A DNA stretch of 50,598 nt, taken from an uncultured Solimonas sp. (lineage in GTDB: Bacteria; Pseudomonadota; Gammaproteobacteria; Nevskiales; Nevskiaceae). The stretch is taken from positions 1 through 50,598 of the forward strand of contig CBINNP010000001.1 of assembly GCA_966252075.1 (NCBI GenBank). The letters run 5' to 3'. Shown here piece by piece: positions 1 to 9,947 of this stretch. Position 1 is the first letter of the stretch; each line of letters starts with the position of its first letter. The notes beneath the pieces are model-generated. The model was not told the origin of the DNA, ran no database searches, and was given only the letters and a program-made list of their open reading frames with translations. Made by a program: the position numbers and the translations under genes.

Positions 1-228
1 ATAGGGGTTGATCGCCTCGTAAGGTTCGGCCTGCTCGCTGGCGGCCGCCAGCTGCAGCGCGTCGTCGTTGCGCCAGCCGTCGACCGTCCGCTCGCAGCCG
101 GAAGCGACCGGCTTGAAGCCGACCGCGTCGATACCCAGCGATCGGGCCAGGCGCAGCAGCGCCACGCTCGCCCGCGTCTTGCCGACGCCGGTGTCGGTGC
201 CGGTGACGAACAGCGCACGTGCCGCCAC
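1..228 (-). CDS. bioD: dethiobiotin synthase, 5' part (runs off window)
   Basis: Read by hand: GTG at 228, MAARALFVTGTDTGVGKT...GFKPVASG...NDDALQL...INPY; directly downstream of bioF. Confidence 0.93.
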   Translation of the reverse strand, partial: MAARALFVTGTDTGVGKTRASVALLRLARSLGIDAVGFKPVASGCERTVDGWRNDDALQLAAASEQAEPYEAINPY

Positions 229-232
229 GAAG

Positions 233-1423
233 CTAGGGACCGAGCTGGCGCAGGCCGGCGGCCAGCGCGTCGAGCAGTGCGTCGATCTCGTGCTCGGCAT
301 GCGCCGCCGAGAAGGTGATGCGCAGCCGCGAGGTGTTCTTCGGCACCGTCGGCGGGCGGATCGCCGCAACCCAGAGGCCGCGCTCGAACAAGAACTGCGA
401 GAGCTTCAGCGCGCGCGCGGCCTCGCCGAGCAGCAGCGGCTGGATCGGCGTTTCCGAATCGGCGAGCGCAATGCCGAGTTGCGCCGCGCCGGCGCGGAAG
501 CGGCGCACATTGGCCAGCAATTGCGCGCGGCGTTCCGGCTCGGCGCGGACGATGCGCAGGGCGCGGCGCGCAGCCGCGGCGATCGCCGGTGGCGGCGCGG
601 TGGAGAACACCCAGCTGCGCGCACGCTGGATCAGGAATTCGATCAGCTCCTCGTCGCCGGCGACGAAGGCGCCGGCCGCGCCCAGCGACTTGCCGAGCGT
701 GGCGACGTGCACGTCCGGCACCACGCCGGCATCTTCCAGCGCGCCACGGCCGTTGGCACCGAGGACGCCGAAGCCGTGCGCGTCGTCGATCATCAGCGCG
801 GCGTCGTGCTGCGCGGCCAGCGCCGCCAGCTCGCGCAGCGGCGCGAGGTCACCGTCCATGCTGAACACGCCGTCGCTGACGATCAGCCGCAGCCGTGCCG
901 CGGCGGCGCGCTCGTCCGTCAGCGCCGCGGCGAAGCCGGCGAGATCGGCATGCGCGACGCGCGCGTACTGCGCACCGGACAGGCGGCCACCGTCGATCAG
1001 CGAGGCGTGGTTGAGTTCGTCGGCGACCAGCAGATCGTCGCGGCCCAGCAGCGCGCGCAGCACGCCGAGGTTGGCCGCCCAGCCGGTGGAGAACAGCAGC
1101 ACGCGCGGCCGCTGCACGAAGTCGGCGAGCTCTTCTTCCAGCTGCCGGTGCTCGCGGTTGTAGCCGGACACCAGCGCCGCGGCGCCGCTGCCGGTGCCGT
1201 CGGCCAAGGCCGCACGGGCGGCTTCGGCCAGCCGCGGGTCGGCGGCCAGGCCCAGGTAGTCGTTGCTGCAGAAATTGATGCAGCTGCGCCCGGCGATCTG
1301 CAGATGCGCGCCATGGCCGCCGTCGATCGCCCGGCGGACGCGGTAGAGATCGGCCTCGCGGATCCGTGCCAGCTCGGCGCGCAAGTGCGCGCCGAGCCGG
1401 GTGCTGCGGACATCGCCGCCCAT
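233..1423 (-). CDS. bioF: 8-amino-7-oxononanoate synthase
   Basis: NFCSNDYLGL, DELNHASLIDG, DGVFSMDGD, DDAHG, TLGKSLG, IRPPTVP motifs; C-terminal half of ORF 233..2647, ATG at 1423. Confidence 0.95.
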   Translation of the reverse strand: MGGDVRSTRLGAHLRAELARIREADLYRVRRAIDGGHGAHLQIAGRSCINFCSNDYLGLAADPRLAEAARAALADGTGSGAAALVSGYNREHRQLEEELADFVQRPRVLLFSTGWAANLGVLRALLGRDDLLVADELNHASLIDGGRLSGAQYARVAHADLAGFAAALTDERAAAARLRLIVSDGVFSMDGDLAPLRELAALAAQHDAALMIDDAHGFGVLGANGRGALEDAGVVPDVHVATLGKSLGAAGAFVAGDEELIEFLIQRARSWVFSTAPPPAIAAAARRALRIVRAEPERRAQLLANVRRFRAGAAQLGIALADSETPIQPLLLGEAARALKLSQFLFERGLWVAAIRPPTVPKNTSRLRITFSAAHAEHEIDALLDALAAGLRQLGP

Positions 1424-1425
1424 GT

Positions 1426-2544
1426 TCAGTTGCCGCAGCCGGCGTGCTCGTGAGCGCCGCAGCCGTGATCGTGCTCGTGGCCGCAGCCGTGATCGTGCGC
1501 GTCGTGGCTCGCGCAAGAGGCCTCGTGCGACTCGACGTGGCTCTCGGTGTCCATGCCCAGCCGCGCCAGCAGCGCGCGGTCGCGCGCGTTCTGCGGGTTC
1601 TCGGTGGTCAGCAGCTTTTCGCCGTAGAACATCGAGTTGGCGCCCGCCATGAAGCACAGCGTCTGCAGCTCCTCGCTCATCTCGCTGCGGCCGGCCGACA
1701 GGCGCACATAGGACTTGGGCATCAGCACGCGGGCGACGGCGATGGTGCGGACGAATTCCAGCGGATGCAGCGATTCGACGCCGGCCAGCGGCGTGCCCTC
1801 GACCTGCACGAGGTTGTTGATCGGTACGCTTTCCGGGTGCACCGGCAGGTTGGCGAGCTGGCGCAGCAGCTCGGCGCGGTCCTGCTGCTCCTCGCCCATG
1901 CCGACGATGCCGCCGCAGCAGACCTTGATGCCGGCGTCGCGGACGTTGTCGAGCGTCTCCAGGCGGTCCTCGTAGGTGCGCGTGCTGATGATCTTGCCGT
2001 AGTACTCCGGCGAGGTATCCAGATTGTGGTTGTAGTAGTCCAGGCCGGCACCGGCCAGGCGCTGCGCCTGCGCGGGCTTGAGCATGCCCAGCGTGACGCA
2101 GGTTTCCAGGCCCAGATCCTTGACCGCACGCACCATCGCCTCGACACGCTCGATGTCGCGGTCCTTGGGCGAGCGCCAGGCAGCGCCCATGCAGAAGCGC
2201 GTCGCGCCATTGGCCTTGGCTTCCTTGGCCGCCGCGACCACCGCGCCCAGCGGCAGCAGCGGTTCCTGCTTCAGGCCGGTCTCGAAGCGCACCGACTGCG
2301 GGCAATACGCGCAGTCTTCCGGGCAGGCGCCGGTCTTGATCGACAGCAGCGTCGACAGCTGCACGCTGTTGGCGCGGAAGTTCTGCCGGTGGATCGTCTG
2401 CGCGCGGAACAGCAGGTCCTGGAACGGCAGCGCGAACAGCGCCTGCACCTCCTCGCGGCTCCAGTCGTGACGCAGGTCCGGGTCGGCAGCCGGCGACGGA
2501 ACCGATGATGGCGTGGTGGACAGCGGCTGGAGCACGGCGGACAT
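1426..2544 (-). CDS. bioB: biotin synthase with His/Cys-rich C-terminal tail
   Basis: [11 protein letters not shown] radical-SAM motif, [26 protein letters not shown]; ATG at 2544. Confidence 0.96.
   Translation of the reverse strand: MSAVLQPLSTTPSSVPSPAADPDLRHDWSREEVQALFALPFQDLLFRAQTIHRQNFRANSVQLSTLLSIKTGACPEDCAYCPQSVRFETGLKQEPLLPLGAVVAAAKEAKANGATRFCMGAAWRSPKDRDIERVEAMVRAVKDLGLETCVTLGMLKPAQAQRLAGAGLDYYNHNLDTSPEYYGKIISTRTYEDRLETLDNVRDAGIKVCCGGIVGMGEEQQDRAELLRQLANLPVHPESVPINNLVQVEGTPLAGVESLHPLEFVRTIAVARVLMPKSYVRLSAGRSEMSEELQTLCFMAGANSMFYGEKLLTTENPQNARDRALLARLGMDTESHVESHEASCASHDAHDHGCGHEHDHGCGAHEHAGCGN
1432..1503. repeat. three imperfect 24-bp tandem units encoding the BioB tail
   Basis: gccgcagccg begins at 1432, 1456 and 1480; encodes HDHGCG/HDHGCG/HAGCG. 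Confidence 0.8.
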
Positions 2545-2572
2545 GCGACTTCCTCGAATCGGTGTATGGAGC

Positions 2573-3337
2573 GTGGACTCGGCGAGTCCGCAGGCGCCGG
2601 AAGTCTCCCGGCCGCCGCGCCGACTTGTCAACTTCAGCGGCCTGCACCTGGTTGACAACTGGCAGGCCGCGGCGGCGTTGCTGGCGCCGCTACGCTGTCA
2701 GTTCTGCGCCGCCGCCGCGCAGACGCTGCCGCTGTGCAGCGGCTGCAGGGCCGCGCTGCCGTGGAACCGCCGCGCCTGTCCACGCTGCGCACGGCCGCAG
2801 ACGCACGACGGCGTCTGCGCACGATGCCTGCAGCGCCCGCCGCCGTTCGCCGCCGCCTGGGCGCCGCTGTGCCTGGAACCGCCGGTGCAGCAAGGCATTC
2901 ACGCGCTCAAGTACCGGGCCGCGCTGCAACACGCGCACTGGCTCGGCGTGCTGTTCGCCGAATCGCTGCGCGACAGAAATTGCATACGGCCGGACCTGCT
3001 GATGCCGGTGCCGCTGCATCGCTGGCGGCAGTGGCGACGCGGCTACAACCAGAGCGCCGAGCTGGCGCGGCAGATCGGCCGCCATGCCGGCCTGCGCGTC
3101 GAGACGGCCTGGGCGCGGCGAACCCGGCACACCGCCGACCAGATCGGCATGGATGCCGCCGCGCGGCGGCGCAATGTTCGTGGCGCCTTCCATGTCGATG
3201 CGCGCGTGCGTGGCCTGCGCATCGCTTTGGTCGACGATGTCATGACCACCGGCGCCACCCTGGCCGAACTGGCCCGCGCCGCGCGCCGCGCCGGCGCCAC
3301 CGAGGTCCAGGCCTGGGCGATCGCACGCGCGCCATAG
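2573..3337 (+). CDS. comF: ComF/GntX family double zinc ribbon-PRTase protein (start uncertain; TTG 2678 also possible)
   Basis: CxxC pairs, [22 protein letters not shown]; divergent from bioB as commonly seen. Confidence 0.9.
   Translation: MDSASPQAPEVSRPPRRLVNFSGLHLVDNWQAAAALLAPLRCQFCAAAAQTLPLCSGCRAALPWNRRACPRCARPQTHDGVCARCLQRPPPFAAAWAPLCLEPPVQQGIHALKYRAALQHAHWLGVLFAESLRDRNCIRPDLLMPVPLHRWRQWRRGYNQSAELARQIGRHAGLRVETAWARRTRHTADQIGMDAAARRRNVRGAFHVDARVRGLRIALVDDVMTTGATLAELARAARRAGATEVQAWAIARAP
2622..2661. promoter_or_regulatory. BirA (biotin repressor) operator
   Basis: GACTTGTCAACT-N16-GGTTGACAA; perfect TTGTCAAC/GTTGACAA inverted repeat, same geometry as E. coli bioO (TTGTAAACC-N16-GGTTTACAA), about 80 bp upstream of bioB. 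Confidence 0.85.
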
Positions 3338-3349
3338 CGGCAGCAGGCC

Positions 3350-4189
3350 CTACTGCCCCGGACCGCTGCGCTTCAGATATCGGTCGAGAAACGCCATGCC
3401 GCCCTTCATTGCCCGGCCATCGAACAGAAACGCCGCAAAGTGACCGCGGCCGCCCAGCGTGCACAGCTCCGTATCGACGCCAAGCTCCTGCAGCCGCGCG
3501 TAGGTCTGCTGCGAATACTCGTAGCGCACGATCCAGTCCCAGCTGCCGTGGTAGAGGTACATCGGCGCGCTGGCGGCGCCAAGCTGCAACAGCGGCGAGG
3601 CCTGCGCATAGCGCTCCGGCATGTCGTCGTACTTGCCGCCCATGAACTGCTGCACCAGTGGCGATTCCTTGGCCTGCGTCAGGTCGGCCGGCATGCCGCC
3701 GAGCACGGCAGCCGCGACGCGCGGGGTGTCGTCGCGCGGCCTGGCAGCGACCAGGCCGGCCAGATGGGCACCCGCCGAGTAACCCCAGACGCCGAGTCGC
3801 TGTGGATCGATGCGATGTTCTTCGGCATGGTCGCGCAGCCAGCGCAGCGCGCTGCGCACGTCGTCCACCGCCGCCGGGTACGGATGCTCCGGCGCCAGCC
3901 GGTAGTCGATGTCGAGCACCACATAGCCATGCCGCACCAGCGCCTCGACGATGTGCTCCATCTGCCCGCGCGCGCCCTTGATCCAGCCGCCGCCGTGGAT
4001 CACCACCACTGCCGGCCGCAAGGCCTTGCCACGCGGCTTGTACAGCTCGGCTTTCTGCGGTTCGGCGGCACCCTCGGCGCTATAGGTGAGCGTCTCCACC
4101 GTATAGACCTTGTTGCTGACCGGCGGACCGCTGGCACAGCCTGACAGACACAGCAACAGCGCTGCCAAGCCTAAGAATCGGCGGTTCAT
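3350..4189 (-). CDS. alpha/beta hydrolase (esterase/lipase), predicted lipoprotein
   Basis: LSGC lipobox, HGGGW, DYRLAP, GYSAG nucleophile, HGSWD, GH. Confidence 0.88.
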   Translation of the reverse strand: MNRRFLGLAALLLCLSGCASGPPVSNKVYTVETLTYSAEGAAEPQKAELYKPRGKALRPAVVVIHGGGWIKGARGQMEHIVEALVRHGYVVLDIDYRLAPEHPYPAAVDDVRSALRWLRDHAEEHRIDPQRLGVWGYSAGAHLAGLVAARPRDDTPRVAAAVLGGMPADLTQAKESPLVQQFMGGKYDDMPERYAQASPLLQLGAASAPMYLYHGSWDWIVRYEYSQQTYARLQELGVDTELCTLGGRGHFAAFLFDGRAMKGGMAFLDRYLKRSGPGQ

Positions 4190-4252
4190 GCGTCCCTGGC
4201 TCCCTTTGCGCGGATCGATGCAGACGATACGCGGCCTTAACCGACAGCCACC

Positions 4253-5125
4253 TTACCGGAGATAGTCCAGCGCCAGTCCGGCGAACACCGCGGCACCGAA
4301 CCAGTGACTGTGCAGGAAGGCGCGGAAGCAGGCCGCCGGCTCGCGCCCGCGGATCAGGCCCTGCTCGTAGGCGGCGCAGGCCGCGGCGGCGGCGATGCCG
4401 GCGAAGTAGGCGAAGCCGCGCCCGGCCTGCAGGCCGACACCGGCCAGCAGCAGCAGGGCCGCCGCCTGCAGCAGGGCGGTGATCAGCGTGTCGAAGCGAC
4501 CGAACAGGATCGCCGACGAGCGCACGCCGATCTTCAGATCGTCGGCGCGGTCGGCCATCGCGTAATAGGTGTCGTAGGCGATCACCCAGCACAGGTTGGC
4601 GGCGACCAGCGCCGTCGCCATCGGCCAGTCGACCGTGCCGCGTACCGCCGCGTAGGCCATCGGGATGCCGGCCGAGAACGCCAGGCCGAGGATCGCCTGC
4701 GGCATCGACAGCATGCGCTTGGCGAACGGATAGGCGCCGGCCAGGATCACCGCCGGCACCGACAGCGCGATCGCATAAACATTGCGCAGCGACAGCAGCA
4801 GCGCGAAGGCCAGCAGCGACACCAGCACGAACACGCCCACGGCCTCGCCCGCACCGAGCTGCCCGGCCGCCAGCGGCCGGTCGCGCGTGCGGGCGACGTG
4901 ACCGTCGAAACCGCGATCGGCGAAATCGTTGATCGCACAGCCGGCGCCGCGCATCAGCACGGTGCCGAGCCCGAACACCAGCAGCACGTGCAGCGGCGGC
5001 GGGCCCTCGGCTGCGAACCACAGCCCCCACAGCGTCGGCCACAGCAGCAGATAGATGCCGATCGGCCGGTGAAAACGCATCAGGCGGAAGTACAGCGGCA
5101 GCTTGTGCCGGACAGCGAAGCTCAT
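4253..5125 (-). CDS. ubiA: 4-hydroxybenzoate polyprenyltransferase
   Basis: MRFHRPIG, GCAINDFADRGFDGHVARTRDRP, YDTYYAMADRADD. Confidence 0.95.
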   Translation of the reverse strand: MSFAVRHKLPLYFRLMRFHRPIGIYLLLWPTLWGLWFAAEGPPPLHVLLVFGLGTVLMRGAGCAINDFADRGFDGHVARTRDRPLAAGQLGAGEAVGVFVLVSLLAFALLLSLRNVYAIALSVPAVILAGAYPFAKRMLSMPQAILGLAFSAGIPMAYAAVRGTVDWPMATALVAANLCWVIAYDTYYAMADRADDLKIGVRSSAILFGRFDTLITALLQAAALLLLAGVGLQAGRGFAYFAGIAAAAACAAYEQGLIRGREPAACFRAFLHSHWFGAAVFAGLALDYLR

Positions 5126-5300
5126 CGGCAGGACGCGCAGGGATCAGGGGCGCCCATTCTGCCGCAGCCCTCCGCCGGCCATGCGGGCTGCGTTGCCGGA
5201 ACCACCCGATCGGGGCTTGACCGCATCGCCGATTGCCGGCATAAGACTGACCATCTGGACAAATCAAGATCCGGACATTCCCCATAGAGGGAGGAGAGCC

Positions 5301-6569
5301 ATGAATAACCCCGTAGCCCAGCCGGTCGTGCTGGACCGGACGGCGTTCACAGCCAGCGCCGGCCTGTCGACCGATCCGGTTCCGCTGGACCCGTACCGCA
5401 CGCGCGAGTTCTTCGAGCTGGAGCGCGACCGTATCTTCCGCCGCGCCTGGCTGATGATGGGCCGCGTCGAGGAAGTGCCCAACCCTGGCGACTACGTGCT
5501 GCGCCGCATCGATCCGTGCAAGGTTTCGGCGCTTATTACGCGTGGTCAGGACGGCAAGCTGCGCGCCTTCCACAACTCCTGCTCGCACCGTGGCAGCGAG
5601 CTGGTCAGCGAGGCGCAGGGCAATCGCAAGCGCTTCGTCTGCCCGTACCACGCCTGGGCCTACGGCAGCGACGGCGCGCTGCAGAACATTCCGGACGAGA
5701 TGAGCTTCTTCGGTGTCGACAAGGCCAAGTGCGGCCTGGCACCGATCGCGCTGGAGGTCTGGGAGGGCTGGTATTTCCTCAACCTGCAGCCCAAGCCGGA
5801 AGTCTCGCTGCAGCAGTATCTGGGCCCGCTCGCCGACTACCTCAAGGGCCTGCCCTACATTGCCGCCAGCAACCCGCTGATCATCCAGGCGGATCTGGAT
5901 GCGAACTGGAAAGTCGTCGTCGACGCCTTCCTGGAGAGCTACCACATCCCGGTGATCCATCCAAAGACCATCGGCAGCACCTTCTCGTCGCGCGAAAATC
6001 CGTTTGCGCGGATTCTCGACGCCAAGATGCTCGGCCCGCATCGCGCGCTGTCGATGTACGGCAACCCCAGCCTGCAGCTGAACCCGAACAACAAGGTCGA
6101 GATGCTGGCGTATGCCTCGGCGGCGACCGGCAATGTCATTTCGGCGGCGAGCATGGCGGAGATGCAAAGCTTCCTCGCCCACCCCTCGGTCAACCCGACC
6201 GGCACCCAGAGCTGGTCGATGGACGTCAACCAGGTGTTCCCGCACGCCCACATCGACTGCGGCCCCGGCGGTTTCTGGTACCACCAGTTCTGGCCGGTGA
6301 CGCCGAACACCTGCCGCTACGAAGTGCGCTTCTACGTACCGGAAGCCGCCGACGCGCGGCAGCGCCTGCAGCAGGAGCTGTACGTCGCGCGGGTGATGGA
6401 GATCGTGCTCGAAGACTTGAGCAATGTGGCGCGCACGCAGCGCGGCATCGACAGCGGCGGCAAGTCGCACATGCAACTGCAGGACAGCGAGGTCGGCATC
6501 CGCCACCACATGCACCACCTGCTGAAGTGGACCAGCGCCAGCACCGTCGCGGAGGCGCTGGCCGAATGA
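5301..6569 (+). CDS. Rieske non-heme iron oxygenase alpha subunit
   Basis: CSHRG and CPYHAW Rieske ligands, NWK...ESYHIPVIH iron site; strong RBS (GGAGGAG) before ATG 5301. Confidence 0.9.
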   Translation: MNNPVAQPVVLDRTAFTASAGLSTDPVPLDPYRTREFFELERDRIFRRAWLMMGRVEEVPNPGDYVLRRIDPCKVSALITRGQDGKLRAFHNSCSHRGSELVSEAQGNRKRFVCPYHAWAYGSDGALQNIPDEMSFFGVDKAKCGLAPIALEVWEGWYFLNLQPKPEVSLQQYLGPLADYLKGLPYIAASNPLIIQADLDANWKVVVDAFLESYHIPVIHPKTIGSTFSSRENPFARILDAKMLGPHRALSMYGNPSLQLNPNNKVEMLAYASAATGNVISAASMAEMQSFLAHPSVNPTGTQSWSMDVNQVFPHAHIDCGPGGFWYHQFWPVTPNTCRYEVRFYVPEAADARQRLQQELYVARVMEIVLEDLSNVARTQRGIDSGGKSHMQLQDSEVGIRHHMHHLLKWTSASTVAEALAE

Positions 6570-6913
6570 GCACAGAGAATTTGCTGCCCGCCGGCTTCGA
6601 AGACCTGCTGCCGTTCGTCGACTACTGGGCTGGCGATACCACCGAGCAGCGCATGAACGCGCGCGCCGGCGCCTCGATGGAAAGCATCCGCGCCTTCTAC
6701 GACGTGATGACGGAGCGCGCCGAAGCGGCGCTGCAGTACGTCGAGCGCTTCCCGCTGCAGGAACTGCCCGACGACGCCGCGCGCCTGTTCAAACTGGTGC
6801 TGGCGCTGGGCCAGGCGCATATCGCGGTGGAGATTCACGGCCGCCCGCGCGCACCCGGCACGCCATTCCCCAACAGCCTGCGCATCACCCGCGGCATGCG
6901 GCCGTACGGCTGA
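6566..6913 (+). CDS. hypothetical protein (115 aa) translationally coupled to the Rieske gene
   Basis: ATGA overlap; MSTENLLPAGFEDLLPFVDYW...; host-like codon usage. Confidence 0.8.
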   Translation: MSTENLLPAGFEDLLPFVDYWAGDTTEQRMNARAGASMESIRAFYDVMTERAEAALQYVERFPLQELPDDAARLFKLVLALGQAHIAVEIHGRPRAPGTPFPNSLRITRGMRPYG

Positions 6914-6946
6914 GCCGGCGCGACAACAAGAACACGAGGAGATCCG

Positions 6947-7756
6947 ATGAGCCAACTCAAGGACAAGGTCGCCATGGTCACCGGCGCCGGTTCCGGCATC
7001 GGCCGCGCCTCGGCGCTGGCGATGGCCGCACAAGGCGCCCGGCTGATGGTCACCGACGTCAACATGGCCGGCGCGGAGGAAACGGTGGCGCTGATCCGCA
7101 AGGCCGGCGGCACGGCAGAAGCCACACCCTGCGACATCTGCTCGGAGGAGTCGATCAAGGCCGCGGTCGAGCACACCGCGGCGCGTTACGGCCGGCTCGA
7201 CGTGCTGCACAACAACGCCGCCTATGCGCCGCCGGACATCCTCGCCGCCGACACCACGATCCTCGACATCCCGACCGAGGCCTGGGATCGCGTCATGCAG
7301 GGCACGCTGCGCGGCACCATGCTGTGCTGCCGCTACGGCGTGCTGCAAATGCAGAAGAACGGCGGCGGCAGCATCATCAACACCTCGTCGATGTATGGCG
7401 TGCGCGCTTTCAATCGCATGCCCGCCTATGGCATTTCCAAGGCCGCGATCAACCTGCTGACCGAGCACGTCGCGGTCGCCTACGGCCGCCAGAACATCCG
7501 CTGCAACGCGGTCGCGCCGTCGATGATCCGCACGCCGATGCTGGAGGGCGCGATCCCCGCGGCGTTCATCGAGATGAACGTCGAGGCGACGCTGACCGGC
7601 CATCTGGGCGTGCCGGAAGACATCGCCGATGTCGTCGTCTTTCTGGCCTCGGACGCCTCGCGCTACCTCACCGGCCAGGTGATCCGCGCCGACGGCGGCT
7701 CCACCGCGCACCTGCCTACCTATGCCGACGCCCGCCGCTTCTTCGGCGAAGCCTGA
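6947..7756 (+). CDS. short-chain dehydrogenase/reductase
   Basis: TGAGSGIG, NNA, YGISK, LTGQVIRADGG; RBS GAGGAG. Confidence 0.92.
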   Translation: MSQLKDKVAMVTGAGSGIGRASALAMAAQGARLMVTDVNMAGAEETVALIRKAGGTAEATPCDICSEESIKAAVEHTAARYGRLDVLHNNAAYAPPDILAADTTILDIPTEAWDRVMQGTLRGTMLCCRYGVLQMQKNGGGSIINTSSMYGVRAFNRMPAYGISKAAINLLTEHVAVAYGRQNIRCNAVAPSMIRTPMLEGAIPAAFIEMNVEATLTGHLGVPEDIADVVVFLASDASRYLTGQVIRADGGSTAHLPTYADARRFFGEA

Positions 7757-7782
7757 TCCAGCTGCCTTGCCGGAGACCCCGC

Positions 7783-8187
7783 ATGTCCATTGAAGCCAAC
7801 CGGGCGCTCGCGCAGCGCTTCTGCCAGCTGATCAGCGAGCGCAAGCTCGACGAGCTGTTTGCGCTGATCCACGACGAGGGCTCGTGGTCGATTCCCTACC
7901 GCGTCGATCGCTTCCCGTTCGCGGGCCACAAGGACAAGAAAACCGCAGCGCAAATGATCGGCGGCTTCCTTGCCGGCTTCAGCGAGTTCAGCTTCAGCGC
8001 CGACAACATCACCGTCGAAGGCGATACGGTGGCGATCGAGGCGCGCTCCAGCGGCCGCGGCCCGGGCGCCGCCCGCTATGAAAACGTCTACCACATGCAC
8101 GCCGAAATCCGCGACGGCAAGCTGCACACGATCCGCGAATACTTCGACCCGTTCCAGGTCCTGGCCTACGTCGAGCAGCTCAGCTGA
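7783..8187 (+). CDS. NTF2/SnoaL-like (ketosteroid isomerase-like) protein
   Basis: MSIEANRALAQRF...VEGDTVAIE...YENVY...IRDGKL..IREYFD pattern. Confidence 0.8.
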   Translation: MSIEANRALAQRFCQLISERKLDELFALIHDEGSWSIPYRVDRFPFAGHKDKKTAAQMIGGFLAGFSEFSFSADNITVEGDTVAIEARSSGRGPGAARYENVYHMHAEIRDGKLHTIREYFDPFQVLAYVEQLS

Positions 8188-9367
8188 GCGGCGCCGCGCG
8201 CTGCGGCCGGTCGCGCCACCATTGCAGTAGCGCGTCGGCCGGCTGCGCCGGCAGATAGAAGTTTCCCTGCAGCATCGTCACGCCGAGTCCCTTGAGGTAT
8301 TCGGCGGTGGCAAGGTCCTCGACCCCTTCGGCCACCGACACCAGGCCGAAGCGGATCGCCAGCTCGACGCAGGATTCGACGATCGCCCGCGCCTCGGCGT
8401 CGACCAGCGCACGCGCGACGAAGGCCATGTCGATCTTCAGTTCCGACAGCGGCAGCTGCTTGAGGCGCGCGAAGCTCGAATAGCCGACACCGAAATCGTC
8501 GACGGCGATGCGGAAGCCCATCATGCGCAGGCGCATCAGCGTATCCAGCGCCAGCGCCGGGTGATCGATCAACGAAGACTCGGTGATCTCGAAGGTCACC
8601 ACCGCCGGCTCGATGCCATGCTCGCCGGCCAGCTGGCGCATCTCGTCGGCAGTCTGGGTACGGTTGAGCGACAGCGCCGACAGATTGACCTGCAGGGTCG
8701 GCGCAAAGCCCTGCTCGCGCCAGCGGTGCAGCTGCGCGAACGCCTGACCGGCGATCTGCCGCGTCAGCGCATCGATCATGCCGTGCTGCTCGGCCACCGC
8801 GATGAAGGCGCCGGGCATCACCAGGCCCTCGACCGGATCGAGCCAGCGCGCCAGCGCCTCCACCGACAACACCGCTTCGGTGCGGGCGCAGATCTTCGGC
8901 TGGAAGAAAGGCTGCACATGGCCGTCGCGCAAGGCTGCCGCCAGCCGCAGCGGCGCCACCTCGGCGCCGGCGCGCCGAGGGTTGGCGCGACCGCCGCGCC
9001 GCTCCAGCAGCTGGCGCAGCAGGCGCGGCGTCGGCGGCTTGGGCAGCACGCCGAGTACGCGCAACTCGTGCGCCCGCGCCAGCGATTCGGCGGTCTCCAG
9101 GATCTTGCGGTCCAGGCTGCTGGTCAGGATCAGCTCCGCGTCGCTGTGCTGCGCGGCCAGGGCGCGCAGGAAGGTGACGCCATCGGCCTCCGGCATCAGC
9201 AGGTCGAGGACGATGAGATCGAACGGTCCCGCGTCGCGCAGCCGCTGCTGGGCGACATTGCCGTCGCCCGCCAGCACGATGCGCTCCGCGCCCTCGGCGC
9301 GCAGCTGCGCATCGAGCACGATGCGCAGCAGCTCATCGTCGTCAACCACCAGCACCGACAAGCCCAT
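8180..9367 (-). CDS. response regulator, REC-EAL (c-di-GMP phosphodiesterase)
   Basis: LVVDDD, LDLLMP, KP receiver; FFQPK, EALARW, FEITES, DDFGVGYSS, LKID, AEGVE, QG. Confidence 0.92.
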   Translation of the reverse strand: MGLSVLVVDDDELLRIVLDAQLRAEGAERIVLAGDGNVAQQRLRDAGPFDLIVLDLLMPEADGVTFLRALAAQHSDAELILTSSLDRKILETAESLARAHELRVLGVLPKPPTPRLLRQLLERRGGRANPRRAGAEVAPLRLAAALRDGHVQPFFQPKICARTEAVLSVEALARWLDPVEGLVMPGAFIAVAEQHGMIDALTRQIAGQAFAQLHRWREQGFAPTLQVNLSALSLNRTQTADEMRQLAGEHGIEPAVVTFEITESSLIDHPALALDTLMRLRMMGFRIAVDDFGVGYSSFARLKQLPLSELKIDMAFVARALVDAEARAIVESCVELAIRFGLVSVAEGVEDLATAEYLKGLGVTMLQGNFYLPAQPADALLQWWRDRPQRAAPLS

Positions 9368-9515
9368 CCTGTTCTCCGCTCCTTGTCGTACGCAGCCTAA
9401 CCCCGCCGCTCGGCGCTGCCCATACCTGCGGCTCTGGCGACTACGCCAAGATAGCGCTAGTGTGCCGGCTAGAATCGATATGCAAAAAAACGGTCTGCTA
9501 CGAGGCGCTCAGCAG

Positions 9516-9947
9516 ATGATCAACGCAAGAGGAGTGGTGGCCGGCCTGTGCCTGCTCTTGGCCGCGTCCACGGGCGTCGTGCATGCCGACGGCGTGCAGC
9601 TGATCACCAGCCCCGAGCATGACGCCACGGCGCTGGACCGCACGCTGGTGCGTGCCATGTTCAGCGGGCGCCTTCGGCAATGGCCGGACGGCACTCAGGT
9701 GCGCGCCTTCGTCATGCCCGACAACAGCGCCGCCCATGTGCGATTCTGCCGCGAAGTGCTCGGCACTTATCCCTACCTGCTGCGCAACGTCTGGGACCGG
9801 CTGGTCTTCACCGGCACCGGCATCGCGCCCGGCATCGTCCACAGCGAGGTCGAGATGCGCGACAAGGTGCGCGCGACGCGAGGCGCGATCGGCTACCTCA
9901 GTCCGGCGACCGGCGCCGCCACGGAATCCAGAGAGACCACCCGATGA
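9516..9947 (+). CDS. small exported periplasmic-binding-protein-like (PstS-like) protein
   Basis: Signal peptide; QWPDG, FCREVL, W.RLVFTG.G, GAIGY pattern; start may be 9480. Confidence 0.72.
   Translation: MINARGVVAGLCLLLAASTGVVHADGVQLITSPEHDATALDRTLVRAMFSGRLRQWPDGTQVRAFVMPDNSAAHVRFCREVLGTYPYLLRNVWDRLVFTGTGIAPGIVHSEVEMRDKVRATRGAIGYLSPATGAATESRETTR

Noticed and set aside
233-2647. 804-aa ORF suggesting a BioF fusion
   Set aside because: The N-terminal half is an Arg/Pro-rich alternate frame over bioB; BioF starts at 1423
3350-4189. Hydrolase as a BioH substitute
   Set aside because: It has a lipoprotein signal, whereas BioH acts in the cytoplasm
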